From the human T2T-CHM13v2.0 reference genome, Homo sapiens, in the NCBI RefSeq assembly GCF_009914755.1, contig NC_060941.1: DNA of 64,000 nt. One strand, 5' to 3'. The position numbers and the translations under genes were made by a program. The stretch's first letter is position 1; every line of letters starts with the position of its first letter. Positions 40,245 through 55,778 of this stretch are shown here, piece after piece. The notes below the pieces were generated by a model, which saw nothing but the letters and a program-made list of their open reading frames with translations, was not told the DNA's origin and did no database searches.

Positions 40245-41679
40245 AAAACAGAAACACCCAAGCAAGCTTGAGTTTCTGTCTCTCCTTTCTGCACACCACA
40301 ATAGTTCTGTCACTACGCCGTTGGAAGTATATTTTGAAAGCTCACTCTCAGGTGAGGATATGAGATCCTTGAGGGCAAGCTCTGTGTCTCAATTATCTGT
40401 ATTCCTTAGTACCTAGAATGCTGATTGCACAAAGTATCATGCTATTATTATTTTTACTATTTTAATGTCCAGATACATCCTTCTTCTAAAATGGCTACTG
40501 CCTCAGGACGTTTGAAGGGGGAAAAGAAGAAGAGAAATTTCTGCTCCAGGAAGGCTTGGAATGAAGAACACAGATAGCAAATTGTTCTTCTCTCCTTTCA
40601 CCTCTACTCCCAGTTTTTAAAGTCTCTCACCTGCAAACTCATTGGTGGTGTTCTTTCTTTGCTTGCAGTTCTTACAAAGGCAAGAATGCCTGAATATTTG
40701 GTTGAAAGAGCATCGATGGCTTCAACCTGAGTGTGTTTTCCAAATTCATGCAATGTATTATGCCCCTAGGCCTTTGAGAGCTGCTGCATGTAATCCCTAA
40801 TGCTATGGCTGACACATGTGTCTATCAAATTGTGTCTTGTCTGAGCCTTCTGGGCACAAAGGAATATTCCCTTGATCAATATGTTCGATGGGCTAAAACA
40901 ATTTTGCTGAATATCAAATATTGCCTGTGTTCTGCTAGGCCCTGGACATTGGAGTATGATTTACAACATCCCATTTTTTTGATCAGCACCCCAAGCTAAG
41001 TTGAGGGCTTTTGGGGCTCTAAATGGTTGCAGAAACTTCAGCACAATTCAGTGTAAATGGTTTAAGAGTTTAAAGAGACCATCCTTCTCCTCTGGGGCAG
41101 TTTCCTCTTGGTTCAACTTTTGTCATATGTTCCCTGGGAACACTGCAAAGTACTGAATGCTTCACACTCACCGCCACTCTGTCCTTCAGAGGGGTGTGGA
41201 CTGAGGTGGTTAGAGATGGTCTTTGAATGTGTTCGCTTAGGAAATATCACTCAGGGGAGTTGCAGGAGCAATATTTGAGCAACATCATAGATGTGAGGAT
41301 ATTAGAGCCAAGAGTGATCTAAGAGATAAAATAATTCAATTATTTTATTTGAGAGATAAGAAACTTGAGACCCAATAGACGTTCCACAGCAAGTATAGAT
41401 ACAGAAGCAAAGTTCTCAGGCTTGGAATCCAGCATCTTTTCTGAATACAACAAGTAACCTCCAAAATTTATACTTTTGAAGGAACAATCTGCAAAGAAAC
41501 TTAAATTATGCCTTCTACATACTTCCTCTGAATTTCTCTAAAGGCTTTTCAAAAATGAACAATTTATCCACAGTGCTGGTCCAAATAAGGGAAGTATCCT
41601 CCCACACAAAGAAAAGTTTGTAAGTGCTTGCATGCACTGCCTGGCACAGTTTCCTCACCCAATGCCAGACTTCAAAATT

Positions 41680-41855
41680 AGTGGTTTTCAAAGTATGTTC
41701 CCTAGACCAACAGCATCAAATCACCCTGGGAATTGTTAGAAAGGCAAACCCTTGTGTGCAGATCTACCAATTCATACATTCAGAGGTGTTCCTAGATCTC
41801 TGTATTTTGCAAGCCTTCTAGGTGACTCTCACGCATGCTCAAGTTTGAGAACCAC
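41680..41855. mobile_element. MER5A-like
   Basis: 'agtggttttcaaagt...cagcatcaaatcacc...ggtgactctcacgcatgctcaagtttgagaaccact'. Confidence 0.8.
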
Positions 41856-42324
41856 TTATTAATTTTGAATTCTCTTTGCACAATGTTATTTAGAAGCAAT
41901 TGGAATATTCTCATCCCCCGCTGAAAGACCTTGCCTCCTGCCTTTTTTTGCCGTTCCTTAGTTTCATATCCTTGGATTAAGACTTCTAGCTCTAGATTAT
42001 CCTGGACTATAAAACATGTTGAGCCTTCAAATCCTTCACATATCAGTGTGTACAATCATATCAGAAACTTCCTTAATAGCAGATTTTGATAGAGTATATT
42101 TATAACATATTTATAACTTATTTATGTCTGAAGACTGACTTACAAAAATGTAGGTGAATTAGAATAATGAAAGAGGTGTATCTCACGAAACACAAGCATA
42201 AGGAGGAAGCCCCTGAGTCTCAGGAGCTGACTGAAACTAGAGCCTAGAATGCCCACAGCACCCCTACTTTCCTCTTGTATCTACTCTGCTTTTGGAGTCA
42301 GTTTTGTTCTCTCTCTTTTAAAAA

Positions 42325-42537
42325 TTATTATTTTTTTAAATTTTAAGTTCTGAGGTACATGTGCAGGATGTGAAGGCTTGTTACATAGGTAGACATGTGC
42401 CACAGTGATTTGCTGCACCTATCAACTCATCACCTAGGTATTAAGCCCAGCATGCATTACCTACTTTTCCTGATGCTCTCCCTCTCCCTGCTCCACCCCC
42501 AACAGGCCTCAGTGTGTGTTGTTCCCCTCCCTGTGTC
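42325..42537 (-). mobile_element. Short L1PA (about PA8-10) 3' end, within an old MLT1-like LTR (about 42150-42720)
   Basis: 'aagttctgaggtacatgtgcaggatgtg...cctaggtattaagcccagcatgcatta...gttcccctccctgtgtc'. Confidence 0.85.
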
Positions 42538-42980
42538 AAAACTGGCTTTCTCTGCCTCTCAGTCCATGTGAGAAAAAATGGCTACAGCCTGCAACTCCTA
42601 AGTGGAAAAGATCTAGCCACCAGGAAAGAGCCCACATGTCTTTCCCAGTCTCAATTCCAAGTTCCTAGAAGGGGATTTTAGCTTAGGAAGGATCAGCTTT
42701 TCACCTGCGGTCCATCGCTTGTGTGTGTGTATAGGAACATGCCCTTTGGGAGCCCCATGCACATAATGGTGTGGATGGTGTATGGGTAGAGTTTTCTGAA
42801 AATAGGGGAGGACTGGAAAGTTAACCTGATAGACAGACAGCTTGGATCTTGGATAAGAAAGTAATTAGAAAGAGTTCTATTGAATGGTGGAGGGGATGTG
42901 AAAAAGAGGAGGGGGGCAGAGGGATGCAAAAGAATAAATTTCCCAGGTGGTAATTCTAAGGGTTTAGGCAAGTCAGTATT

Positions 42981-43425
42981 TGTAATAGGTTGAGTTGTGT
43001 TCCTCAAAAAGATATGTTGAAGTCCAGCCCCAGGTACCTCAGAATGTGACCTTATCTGAGAATAGGGTTATTGCAGATGTAATGAGTTAAGATAAGGTCA
43101 TTCTAGAATAGGGTGGGCCCTAAATCCAATACGATTATGGCCTTATAAGAAGAGGGAAATTTGGACACAGATGCGGAGACACAGAGGGAAGACAATTATG
43201 GGAAGTTGAAGGTAGAGCTTGGAGTGATGCTGCCACAAGCTAAGTAGTCTGGGGCTGCCAGAAGCTTGAAGAGGCAAGGAGGGATCCTCCCTTAGAGACT
43301 TCAGAGGGAGCATGACCCACCAGCACCTCGATTTCAGATTTCCAGCCTCCAGAAGTGTGAGACAATAAATGCCTGCCATCCCAAGCCACCAGTTCATGGG
43401 ACTTCATTATGGCAGCAAACACAGT
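42981..43425 (+). mobile_element. MLT1B/C-type LTR
   Basis: 'tgtaataggttgagttgtgttcctcaaaaagatatgttgaagtc...cagaatgtgacctt...gtgagacaataaat'. Confidence 0.88.
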
Positions 43426-44949
43426 ATTCTTTAGCCCTTTCATGCATGTTGAACTGCTACCTGTCCCATGCTTCAAGCACCACAAAAGCCTAAACTCCTG
43501 CAGTCCCACTTTTCCTAGCTTGGTTCACGACAACCATTCACCTTTGGCTTAAAAATCTTCCTTCCTCATTTTCTGATTTCTACTTTGCTTCTGGCTTATT
43601 GACTTATTACCTCTTCTGGCCTCATCATTCTTTGGATTTTGATATCCTTTACTATTTGATATAGCCAGTTTCAAATTATTCCCATTGCAAGGGATAGAAA
43701 CTTAAATATGGAGGATTTATTAGCTTAGAAGTATAAAATGCAGAGATAGTCTCACTTCAAGAAGAGTTGGTGATAAAAACTCAGACATTGTCGCTAAGAC
43801 AATGTTTCCTTTATCCCATGGGTTTGCCTTCCTTATCACTGTCCCAAACCCCCATCAGGCTCTCCTGTCTGGTACAAGGTGGCTACCTGAAGTGCCAGGC
43901 TGAGGTCTGACCAGCAGATTGACTAGTAGGATGTCTTTCTCTTGATAGTCCCAATAGGAGTTGGGAGACCACAGTCTGCCTATTTACCAGTAATGAAAAC
44001 TGAGGGAACATACTATTTTAATTGATTCCAACTGGGTCATGTGTCCTGCCCTGGAGATTTGGAAGGAAGTCAGCTAAATCTGAATCAAATGTGCCCACAA
44101 AACACTTGCTGAATGGGAGATTGATATTGGGAAGGCAAAAATAAAAAGTGTCTAGTGCATCTTCAACCTCAACTTAGATTCTTTATTCTTCTGTGTTGCA
44201 ATAGGCTAGCAAATACCTATTGTGGTATAACATGACCCAACCTTGTAGGTTCACTTAGTTTTTTTCCCACCCTGAAGGAGAAGTAGGAGAATGAGTGCCT
44301 TATGAGTTCAACCAACATGTTTACTCATAAAAATTCAATCAAATGACATAATTAATATTTTCCAATTCATAAAAAGTGACATAACCTAGTGGATAGAATT
44401 TGATAAACTACATGCTTTTAGCCCAAAAAAGTTTTCTAAAATCTTTGGCAACTGATACTACTTGTGTACACTATAAACTAAAAAAGAGTGGTTTAGTCCA
44501 CCATTATGTCTTTAATTATTTTTTCATTGAATATACCAAGTGCCCCAAAGACAAGGTTGAGTCAGTGGACTTTTGTCTGCCTGTGAGGTGAAGGGTCTTC
44601 TCTATCCTTGCCTTATCTATCTCTTTGAAGCACTTTCCTTCAATGGCCACCTAACGCATATTCTTTGCAGAACTGGGAGACTTCCTGGGTTATCTTCAGC
44701 AAAACAGACTGCTACTCTTCACAGAAACAGCATTCTTCTCCTTAAAGTTCTTCCCGGGCCTAGGGCTAAACTATCAAGTATGTTTTTGAATATATGTTAG
44801 CTTCAACTCCATACCTTTGTCCTGCCATTGTTTCTTCCTGGAACACATTGAAGACAAAGTTATAGCTTTATTGTCTTCTGCCATGAAATTTTCCTTGGTC
44901 ACCTCCATGCTAAGACTACATCAATAAGAAATAAATACATAGACCTTGT

Positions 44950-46790
<1,841 letters not shown>

Positions 46791-47534
46791 AACACATATC
46801 AAATGATGCTTTTTATTGAATATCTAATGTGAACCAAGCAATTTATGTGCATTATCCCAGACCTCACCACAATCTGGAAGACAACTCGGATTTATTTTTT
46901 AATTTTAAAGATAAAGAAAACTGGAGCTCAAAGAAGTGTACTTATCGGAGATTACAGAGCTCATAAATGAGCTATTTAACCTATCCAGTATTAAAAAGCT
47001 AGTCTATCTGTTTCTATGGGCTGTGCAGTTTCAACCATAGCATACAGAATGCTAAGGCTCGGGGGAAACTGGAAGGCATTTGATCTAATTCTGTCATCTT
47101 GCTAGAAGGAAGCTGAGGCTCATGGTTAACAAAACCAAACCAAACCAAACAAAAACCAAACAAAACAAAACATACACATTCACATAGAACATCCATAGGA
47201 GAGCGCAGATAGAATCTGTATCTCTCTTGACTTTGTTTTTTCTATTATCATATGTCATTTTAATCCTCTAGTAAAGAGTAGCAGCAGTGACTTAACAGAT
47301 TTTTTTTCATTGCTGCTGCTTCTTAATCCCTTTTGAGCCTCAATTTCTTTTTGTATAAAAGGGGAACAATAACGATTTTGTAGAGATGAGGTATGCAAAG
47401 TCTCTGGCTGCAGTGAGCACTCAGTAATAAGAGCTATTTATTGGGCCAGGATTCCAACTACTTTCATAAAAATAGCAGGAAAGTCAAATGGAAAGCTGAC
47501 TTGATGGTAGGGGAGGCTTCTGCCCACCAACTAG

Positions 47535-47703
47535 TTCCACGTTTCTCAACCCTGCACTGAATGTTAAAATCACCTGGGGAACTTCTGAAAAATTATGATG
47601 TCTGGTCCCAACCCCATGGAGCCTGGTTTATACAGGGACAAGATATCTATAGGTTTTTAAAGTTTCTCCAGGGGATTCTAATGACCACCCAGGGTGGAAA
47701 AGC
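47535..47703. mobile_element. MER5-like
   Basis: 'tttctcaaccctgcactgaatgttaaaatcacctggggaactt...ctccaggggattctaatg'. Confidence 0.7.
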
Positions 47704-47772
47704 ATGGAGCTAACTGGGGTGCAGGACGAGTGTCCTCATAAGAAGTCAAAGGTTTGGTGATAAACAACAACT

Positions 47773-48155
<383 letters not shown>

Positions 48156-48650
48156 TTAAAGTGATGGATGTCTTTTTATTTTTTCAAAGAAACAACAACA
48201 ACAGATTTTTTAAAATTTTGCACCAGTCACCGTTGCCCAAAGTGGCCATCCAGTGGTCATATCTGAATTGCTCTTGTAGCAAGGAATTCTGGAAAACTTC
48301 AGGGCATAGAGTCTGCTGGGACAGGGTGGGGGTGGAAATACATGACTGAATGGTAAATAAAACCAATTTTCTTGTTGCTGGCTTTCTGGCTACTTAATGT
48401 AAAGCCATAATTATTTCCATAGCAACACACTCATCACATACAACATGAATATGTAGATTCCCCAGAGGGAAGATGGAATAAACTGTATCTTTGTACACTT
48501 TACTTGAAAAAGAAAAATAAAGCTTGTATAATTCCAATCCACAGTTGCATAAACAGTATTTTACATCCATGTAGATAATTAATCCAAATTCATCTATAAC
48601 CACCAGAAATGAATGATGTGCTCACTGAGGCCATAGAAAAATACCCTATA

Positions 48651-49210
48651 CAGTAGTGCACATCCGTGATTTTGTTTTCCATGGTTTTGGTTGCCCATGG
48701 ACAACTACAATCCAAAAATATTAAGATATTTAGAGAGACAGCGCAAGAGTGAGAGTGCAAGCACATATTCACATTACCTTTATTATGGCATATTGTTATA
48801 ATTGTTCTATTTTATCATTAGTTATTAATGTTGACTTCTTACTGTGCCTAATTTATAAATTAAACCTTATCATAGGTACATAGGTATAGAAAAAGAAACA
48901 AGAGTACAAGGTTCAGAATTCCAAATCTGAAAATCCAAAATCTGAAATGCTCTAAAATTTGAAACTGTTTGAGTGTCAACATGATATACATTGGAGCATT
49001 TTAGATTCTGGATTTTTGGATTTGGGATGCTCAAGCAGTGCAAATATTCCAAAATCCAAAAAAGTCTGAAATCCTAAACACTTCTGGTCCCAAGAGTTTC
49101 GGATAAGGGATACTCAACCTGTATGTATAGGGTTTAACGCTATCTGCAGTTTCAGGCATTTACTGGGGGTCCTTGAAACATATCTTCCACGAACAAGGTG
49201 GGGACTACTG
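48651..49210. mobile_element. MER44/Tigger7-like element with a nested Tigger4a-like element
   Basis: TA-flanked termini 'ta|cagtagt' and 'ggggactactg|ta'. Internal 'gtgcctaatttataaattaaacc'. Confidence 0.8.
48907..49121. mobile_element. Tigger4a (Zombi)-like MITE
   Basis: TIR 'ggataagggatactcaacctg|ta' and 'aaatccaaaatctgaaatgctc' repeats. Confidence 0.85.
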
Positions 49211-49507
49211 TAATTGATACGTATGTGTATGTGTGTTTGCAAGAGACAGAGACAGAAACAGAAAAAGATAAAGAGACACAGAAAGACTTGAAATCATAGT
49301 ACATGGAGATTTTTAGAGGGAAATCCACGTCATTAGTAGCCTCCTTTCAGAATTAAAGCTCTCAAAGTACTCTGATTATTGAAGCACTTGAGGCATTGGT
49401 ACTAGACGGGTTCACAGCTTGAAGATTGCACTATAGGCTGCAGATCATGCAGGGAAAGAAGACAAGTAGTACTGTGGTTGTGGAACTTCCACAGAGGAGA
49501 GGTTGTG

Positions 49508-49526
49508 GGTCGCCATCTGGTGAGAA
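49508..49526 (-). promoter_or_regulatory. Candidate CTCF motif
   Basis: Minus strand reads TCTCACCAGATGGCGACC, with the CpG retained. Motif match only. Confidence 0.55.
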
Positions 49527-51419
49527 GGGCGCAGTAGAGTTGGGTGAGCATGGAGGTGTCTCAGAATATTTGAATTGAAGTCTTACTATGGCTTTTATGC
49601 AGATTATATTTTTACTGACTTTGACTTGGAAATGGAGATGTGATAAAACATTCTTGAGTCACTACTTTGGTATTGCCACTGAGAAGAGCTCTCCAGTTTT
49701 CTCCTTTACCTCTTTAATGCCACGGTCTGTGGTTTTGAAGCTTCTCTAGGATCTATAATTCTGGATCTCGGGTGAATATTCCAAGTGAGGAGGGGGCGGT
49801 CATACCTTGGGTGAGATCAAAATAATGAGCACAGAGACTATCCTGCATTTCCTGGAAGAATCTCAATTCCAATCAGTCCTCTGTGATTCCACAAGGAATT
49901 TTTAGATTGGGTATGCAAATTACTCATACAGAAATCATTGTTTCTAGAGATATGACATGGTGATTCTCATTCTGGCTGACTGTTTTAATGTTCTCTCTCC
50001 TTATACCTTTTCCTATACTCCCATATAAACACAAAACCATCTCTGTCTACCTACCTCCCTCCCTCTGAACCTCTATTTACCTATCTAGCTAATTCTCTTT
50101 ATTGAGATATAGATTGAGTATGTGTGTATATAGAAAAAATATATAAGTACACCTCCCATATTCAGAAAACATTTACTGAATATATATTATGCACAAGGTA
50201 CTCTCATATACTCTTAAAATACTTCAATGAATAAAAAAAGAAAAAGTCTTTGTCCTTGTGAACTTTACATTTTTGGGGTTGAGGGGAGCAACAGGCAATA
50301 AACAAACTATAATAAACAAGTTACAATAAGAGATACACAAAAATTAGTGTGGGGCAAATGGAATGGGGCATGGGGGCAGGTTGCAATTTTAAATAAGAGG
50401 GTCAGGAAAGTCTACAGTGAAGGTACACTTGAATAAGTAGAGGCGTATATTATCCAGAACTGGCTCTTGAACTTCAGAGCAAATGGGAACTGTTTGGTTT
50501 AAGTTACGTGTTTTTTCCATTGCCTTATTTTCACTGAGATGTTGGAAGTCCCAGGAAATTGTGTATTGTTATATCAGTTCTTGAATGGGCAGAAATTTGA
50601 CTGAGAAAAGCCAGATCCTAAGTTAATCAGAAAGAGACTGCAAAGAGCCAGGCTTTAGTTTAAAAAGTGAAGAACCAGACTGGAGAGATCAAGACCAGAT
50701 CTTGATGACAGGTTGGCATCAGCTTGGAGGCGTGAAGAAATTGGACAATTTATGGTCAGCCAGTCAGGTTGCATCATAATTCCTAGTCTGCACAAGAACT
50801 CAAGGGAAAGAACAAATAAGTTTTCCGGTTCTATTTTCAGTTTATTTGCTCTCTGTTTTATGGATTTCAGACTCTTCAAAATACTCTTCAGTGGCTTTGT
50901 TTCCAAATGAAAACCAGAAAAATGATGCTGGAATTTCATAGAGGCAGCGGCGGATGGAAGAGGGCTCCTCCTGTCTATAACCATGGGAATATTGTTTTTG
51001 ATTGTAGACCAACTAACTGCAAAGAGAGAAGACACATAAATAAGACAAGCCCTGGAAAGCACATGTGGTGTGACGGTGTCCTGCCGAAGCTGAGAAGACA
51101 CAAATAAAAAGTAATTATTTACTGTTTGTAAGAGAGTGTTCTAAACCCAAGACACTGATTCATAGATGCTATCATGGCCCTGTAAACACATTAAAAATCA
51201 AATACAGGTTATATTACATGTACCCAGTTCATCTTACAATGGTAAAGTCCAGAAATTGTCAACAGTCTAAAAAAATTCTAACTACTTGTCATATTAATGA
51301 TGTATAATAAGGTATAATATTGATAATATTTTATATTATAATAATGTTATATTATCTTATTTCTTCTAGTCTTGATCTTGTTTGTTTTCAGGTCTTAGCC
51401 ATGAGGGCATTTAAAATGT

Positions 51420-51990
51420 TTTCTGATTATGTTTAAGGATGATTGCACTGCATGAAATCCTTCAGAGGCCTCACACTTCTTTTAGGATAAGATTCAAATG
51501 GCTTATGAAGCACTAGGAAGTCTTTTTGATCTGCCCCCCTCCCCATCTACCTCTCCAGACTCATCCTGTGCCACTGTCCCACAGGCATCCTTCCTGCTGC
51601 CAGAACAACTTTATGCAGTTCCACGAATAAACCGTGGTGTTCCATGCGGCAGTGTCTTTGCTCGTGATAGTTCCTTTGTCTAGAACATTCTTCCTGCCCT
51701 CACTCACCGGACTGGATTTATCTCTTCCTCCGCATAGTTCTTCTAACCTTTCTTTCTCAGTCAGACTGAATAGGGATCTGAGTCCCATAAGACCCCAGGC
51801 AAACCTCTCGCATGACTCTTACCAGCTTGAAATGTTAACAGTTGCTCTTTTTGTTTCTTATGCCAAAGACTAAGAATTTCTTGACAGTAAAATTGAAATG
51901 ATCTCTTACCCCAGCTTCTAGAATAGAGTAATAGTTCTTAGTATATATAGTGGCTCAATGTATATGTGTGTATATGAAATTAAATTGAAG
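51420..51990 (+). mobile_element. L2 fragment
   Basis: 'aaatccttcagaggcctcacacttcttttaggataaga', 'gttcctttgtctagaacattcttcc', 'atagtggctcaatg'. Confidence 0.6.
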
Positions 51991-52951
51991 CACTGAAGGT
52001 CTCAAATATTGCAATATCCACAAGGTAATGAATCTGGGAACTTTCTGGCAATCATTACACTAATGTCAGTGACAGAGATGGAGCTCAGAAAGTTATAACT
52101 ATTATTTTAAGAAGCAATTTTCCAAGGTCAGCAGTTTACCATGAGAGCCTACTGACTTTCTCCCTAACCCACAGGAGACAGATTTGAGAGAGGAAGCGAT
52201 AAATGGCTTTTCAATTCCATTTACTTCCACAGTTTTTAAACGCTACATCCCCACTGTCTTCATATAAACTCCAACCAGCATAGACATCGTATTATAAATG
52301 GAATTATCACCTTGTAACATGGCAGAATAGTTTGTCTTTGATCTAAGATGGACCAGCTAACAACTCTATCTGTGCAAGGCCATTTTGTGTGCAAATTAGA
52401 AAGCAGGTGGAATCTGTGTAATTATAGGACACACATCTGGACCTGGCTCCTTTCTTTATGCATCCATTCCATTTGCCCAGGCTCTGGGTCCCCAGCACTG
52501 TGTCCTGTGCAAAGCTGACCTCCATTGCTACACTACTGCTTGTCCAAACTTTCCCATCTTGAGGCTCTTTTCAGTGCTTCTGATTCGCCAATCTATTGAA
52601 CTAATTCCTGTTAAGCTGCCAGTGCCATAGATTCATAGAAGCTTAGAGTTTTAACCCTTGAGGTCAAATGCAGGACCTTCATTTTACAGAGGAGAAATAG
52701 AAGATCTGGAGAAGGGGAGGTAGCCAGCCCAAATTCATACCGTGGACAGGCAGAATTATCATTTGGGTTCTCCCTGACATTCCAGTATAGACTCACCGAC
52801 ATAGAATCTAATCCCTGCTCAGCCATTTACTGATATAATTATGGAAAACTTGCTGAAACTCTCAAAGTCTCTGTCCTTGTCCTCTGTAAAATCCAGAAAA
52901 TGGTAACTTCCACCTCACAGGGTTGTTATAAAGGTTAAATAACAATATATA

Positions 52952-53264
<313 letters not shown>

Positions 53265-53499
53265 TTAGCACAGCTTCTGACGTGCACTAAACATTTAATA
53301 AATGCTGAACAACTTGGAGCAGGATCTTAGAGGAGATGCTTTAGAGCAGGGTTCCCTTTTAGCCTTCAGCTCAGCCAATAGGTGTTTATTTTGACCACTT
53401 CCAGTAATGCACTTTGCTCATAGGTCTTTCAAGATAAACGGAACGTCCCTAATAATTAATGTTTTGGTTATGTGCCCACTTGAGAAGAGATACCACTTC

Positions 53500-53940
53500 A
53501 GCCTCTTCCGTCTCCGTGGTGCAGCCAGGCCCTAGCGTCTCTCCATCCCCGTTCCCCGCGGGCTCCCAGGACGGCGTCCGCGGGCCTCAGCGACTCTGCG
53601 GAGGGTTTCCGCGGGATGCTCAAGGGGGCAGTGTGGTCCTGCCGAAGAGGGCCGCCTCGCCTCGAGGAACGCCTTGGCCATTTTCACAGGAAAATGTTTA
53701 CCCTGGAAATTAAATTATATTTGGGATTTTGGGTTTCCCCTCCCCCACCCCGCCGTGGGAGGTTTCGGAAAGTTACTGTGGTGCCCAGCGCAGTCAGAGG
53801 CCTGTCAGCATTTCAGCTCCGCGCGGCGGGCCCTGCGGCCTCCTTCAGCACCTGGGACCCCCGGGACCCCGGGCGTGTGAGGGCCGAGCCCCCCCGTGAG
53901 GCCCCTGGCTTCGCACCAGCCCAGCAACACCCCCTCCCCC
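53500..53940. promoter_or_regulatory. Non-repeat CpG-rich patch (small orphan CpG island; candidate promoter or enhancer)
   Basis: About 34 CpGs by hand count in about 410 bp of GC-rich unique sequence, in an otherwise CpG-depleted window. Confidence 0.75.
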
Positions 53941-54020
53941 CATTCTCCCATCTTTAGCCACTTTTGGATCAACAGCTTAGGATGAATTTCAAACTTAAGT
54001 TGGATGGTTTGAGAGGGTTG

Positions 54021-54022
<2 letters not shown>

Positions 54023-54069
<47 letters not shown>

Positions 54070-54074
54070 TGTGT
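54023..54074. repeat. (TG)n microsatellite with one interruption
   Basis: Read directly. Confidence 0.95.
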
Positions 54075-55444
54075 TCCCAAATATTACTGAGAAAGTGCTC
54101 TTGAAATGCGCCCTGTGTATCCATGGATTCATGCATATTCATAGCCTGTTCCTCTCTGTAGGTTCAGGTTTTTCTTTTCTGTCAAACGAGGCATTAAGTA
54201 AATTCTAAGGTCTCCTGCATCTCTGACATTCCAGAGTTCTAGATATATAAGAATAGAGAGGAATCTGTGAAAAAGTCCAACCCTGGGGAACTCCTTCCTT
54301 TCTCTGTGGCTTTACACAGTGAAACCATCACCCAATGCTCTTGATAACTTAAAGATGAAAATTTCCTGTTCTCCAGATATCCTGCTCAATTCACCCATCA
54401 TGTACCACCAAATATAGATTCACTGCACTTTGTCCTGTGTCAGGGACAGGGGTGGCTTCTGCACATAAAGTGGTGAAGAAAACAGGTACACTCCCTGCTC
54501 TAATGGGCCTTGAGGATTCGTGGGGATATCGCTGCTACATCAATAATCACACATAAAGGGGGTGAAATTACAAGTAGAGGTGAGCGCTTTGCAGGAAAAG
54601 TAAAGGGTAAGATAAAGTGTAAAGAGGATCTAATTTAGCATTAGGGGTCAGGGAAAGGGGAAATGATCTTCTAGCTAAGATATGAAGGACAGGTGGAAGG
54701 TGGCCAAGCAGTGTCTGTGTGGTACATCATGTGTAAGAACCAAATTACTGCCATAGAATGGCTGTTTGAGAGTGATAAACCCCCTCTTTTGGCATCCAAG
54801 GAAGAAATTAAGTCACTCTAATTCTCAGAGAACACTTATAGCAAAGTCCATGATAGTTCTTATAGGTAGTTATATTGTCAAAGATTCAGAGCCTCTCACA
54901 GTGAGAAGAAACCTCAGAGGTCACCTGACTCAAATCTGTTCTGATTTAAAAATCTCCTTCAAAATATGCTATACAATTATCAAGATTCTGCCAGGAGTCT
55001 CAGCTACTCAAGAGTCATTTTTCCCACTCTTGACAAGTCATTTTCCTGCCATTGAGTTCTTAGATTCCCATTACTTAGATTTTCCTTGCTAGACTGTAAA
55101 TTCCATAGGGCAGGAATTTTGTCTTCTTTGTTCAATGGTGTTATCTCAAGTGTCATGAACAGTGATTGCCATGTAGTAGCCTTTCAAAGCACATTTATTG
55201 AATGAATTCACTGAGACTAAAATAGGCCTCCCTAGATTTTTGCTCACTGGCCTTAGTTCTGCCCTCTAGAACAACAAAGAACAAACCTAACATCTTATGT
55301 AAGGACAGTCTTATGGTCATTTAAAAATAGCCATCATTTTCTGGTTATTCTCTTCTCTCTGTTAAATACTTCCAAGTATGTAGTTTTGAAACTCTCAACA
55401 TTTTGATCACTATTTGGGATTCAATCTGACATGACCAGTCACCT

Positions 55445-55778
55445 GATGTGTTTTGGCTCCATGGCCCTACCCAAATTTCATCTTGCTTGTAATCCCCAGG
55501 TATTGAGGGAGGGACTTGGTGAGAAGTGATTGGATCAGGGGGGCGTTTCCCCTATATGTTGTTCTGGTGATAGTGAGTGAGTTCTCAGGAGAGGTGACGG
55601 TTTTAAGTGTGGCATTTCCTCACTCTTTCTCTCTCTGTCTCCTGCTGCCATGTAAGACATGCTTTGCTTCCTCTTTGCCTTCCACCATGATTGTAAGTTT
55701 CCTGAGGCCTCCTCAGCCATGTGGAACTGTGAGTCAGTTAAACCTCCTTTCTTTATAAATTACCTAGTCTCTGGTAGT
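55445..55778 (+). mobile_element. THE1D/MSTA-type LTR lacking its 3' terminus
   Basis: 'tgatgtgttttggctc...cccaaatttcatctt...ccaccatgattgtaagtttcctgaggcctcc...tttataaattacctagtctc'. Confidence 0.88.

Noticed and set aside
53459-54208. ORFs over the CpG patch and the (TG)n tract
   Set aside because: GC-rich or dinucleotide open frames with no recognisable domain or exon structure.
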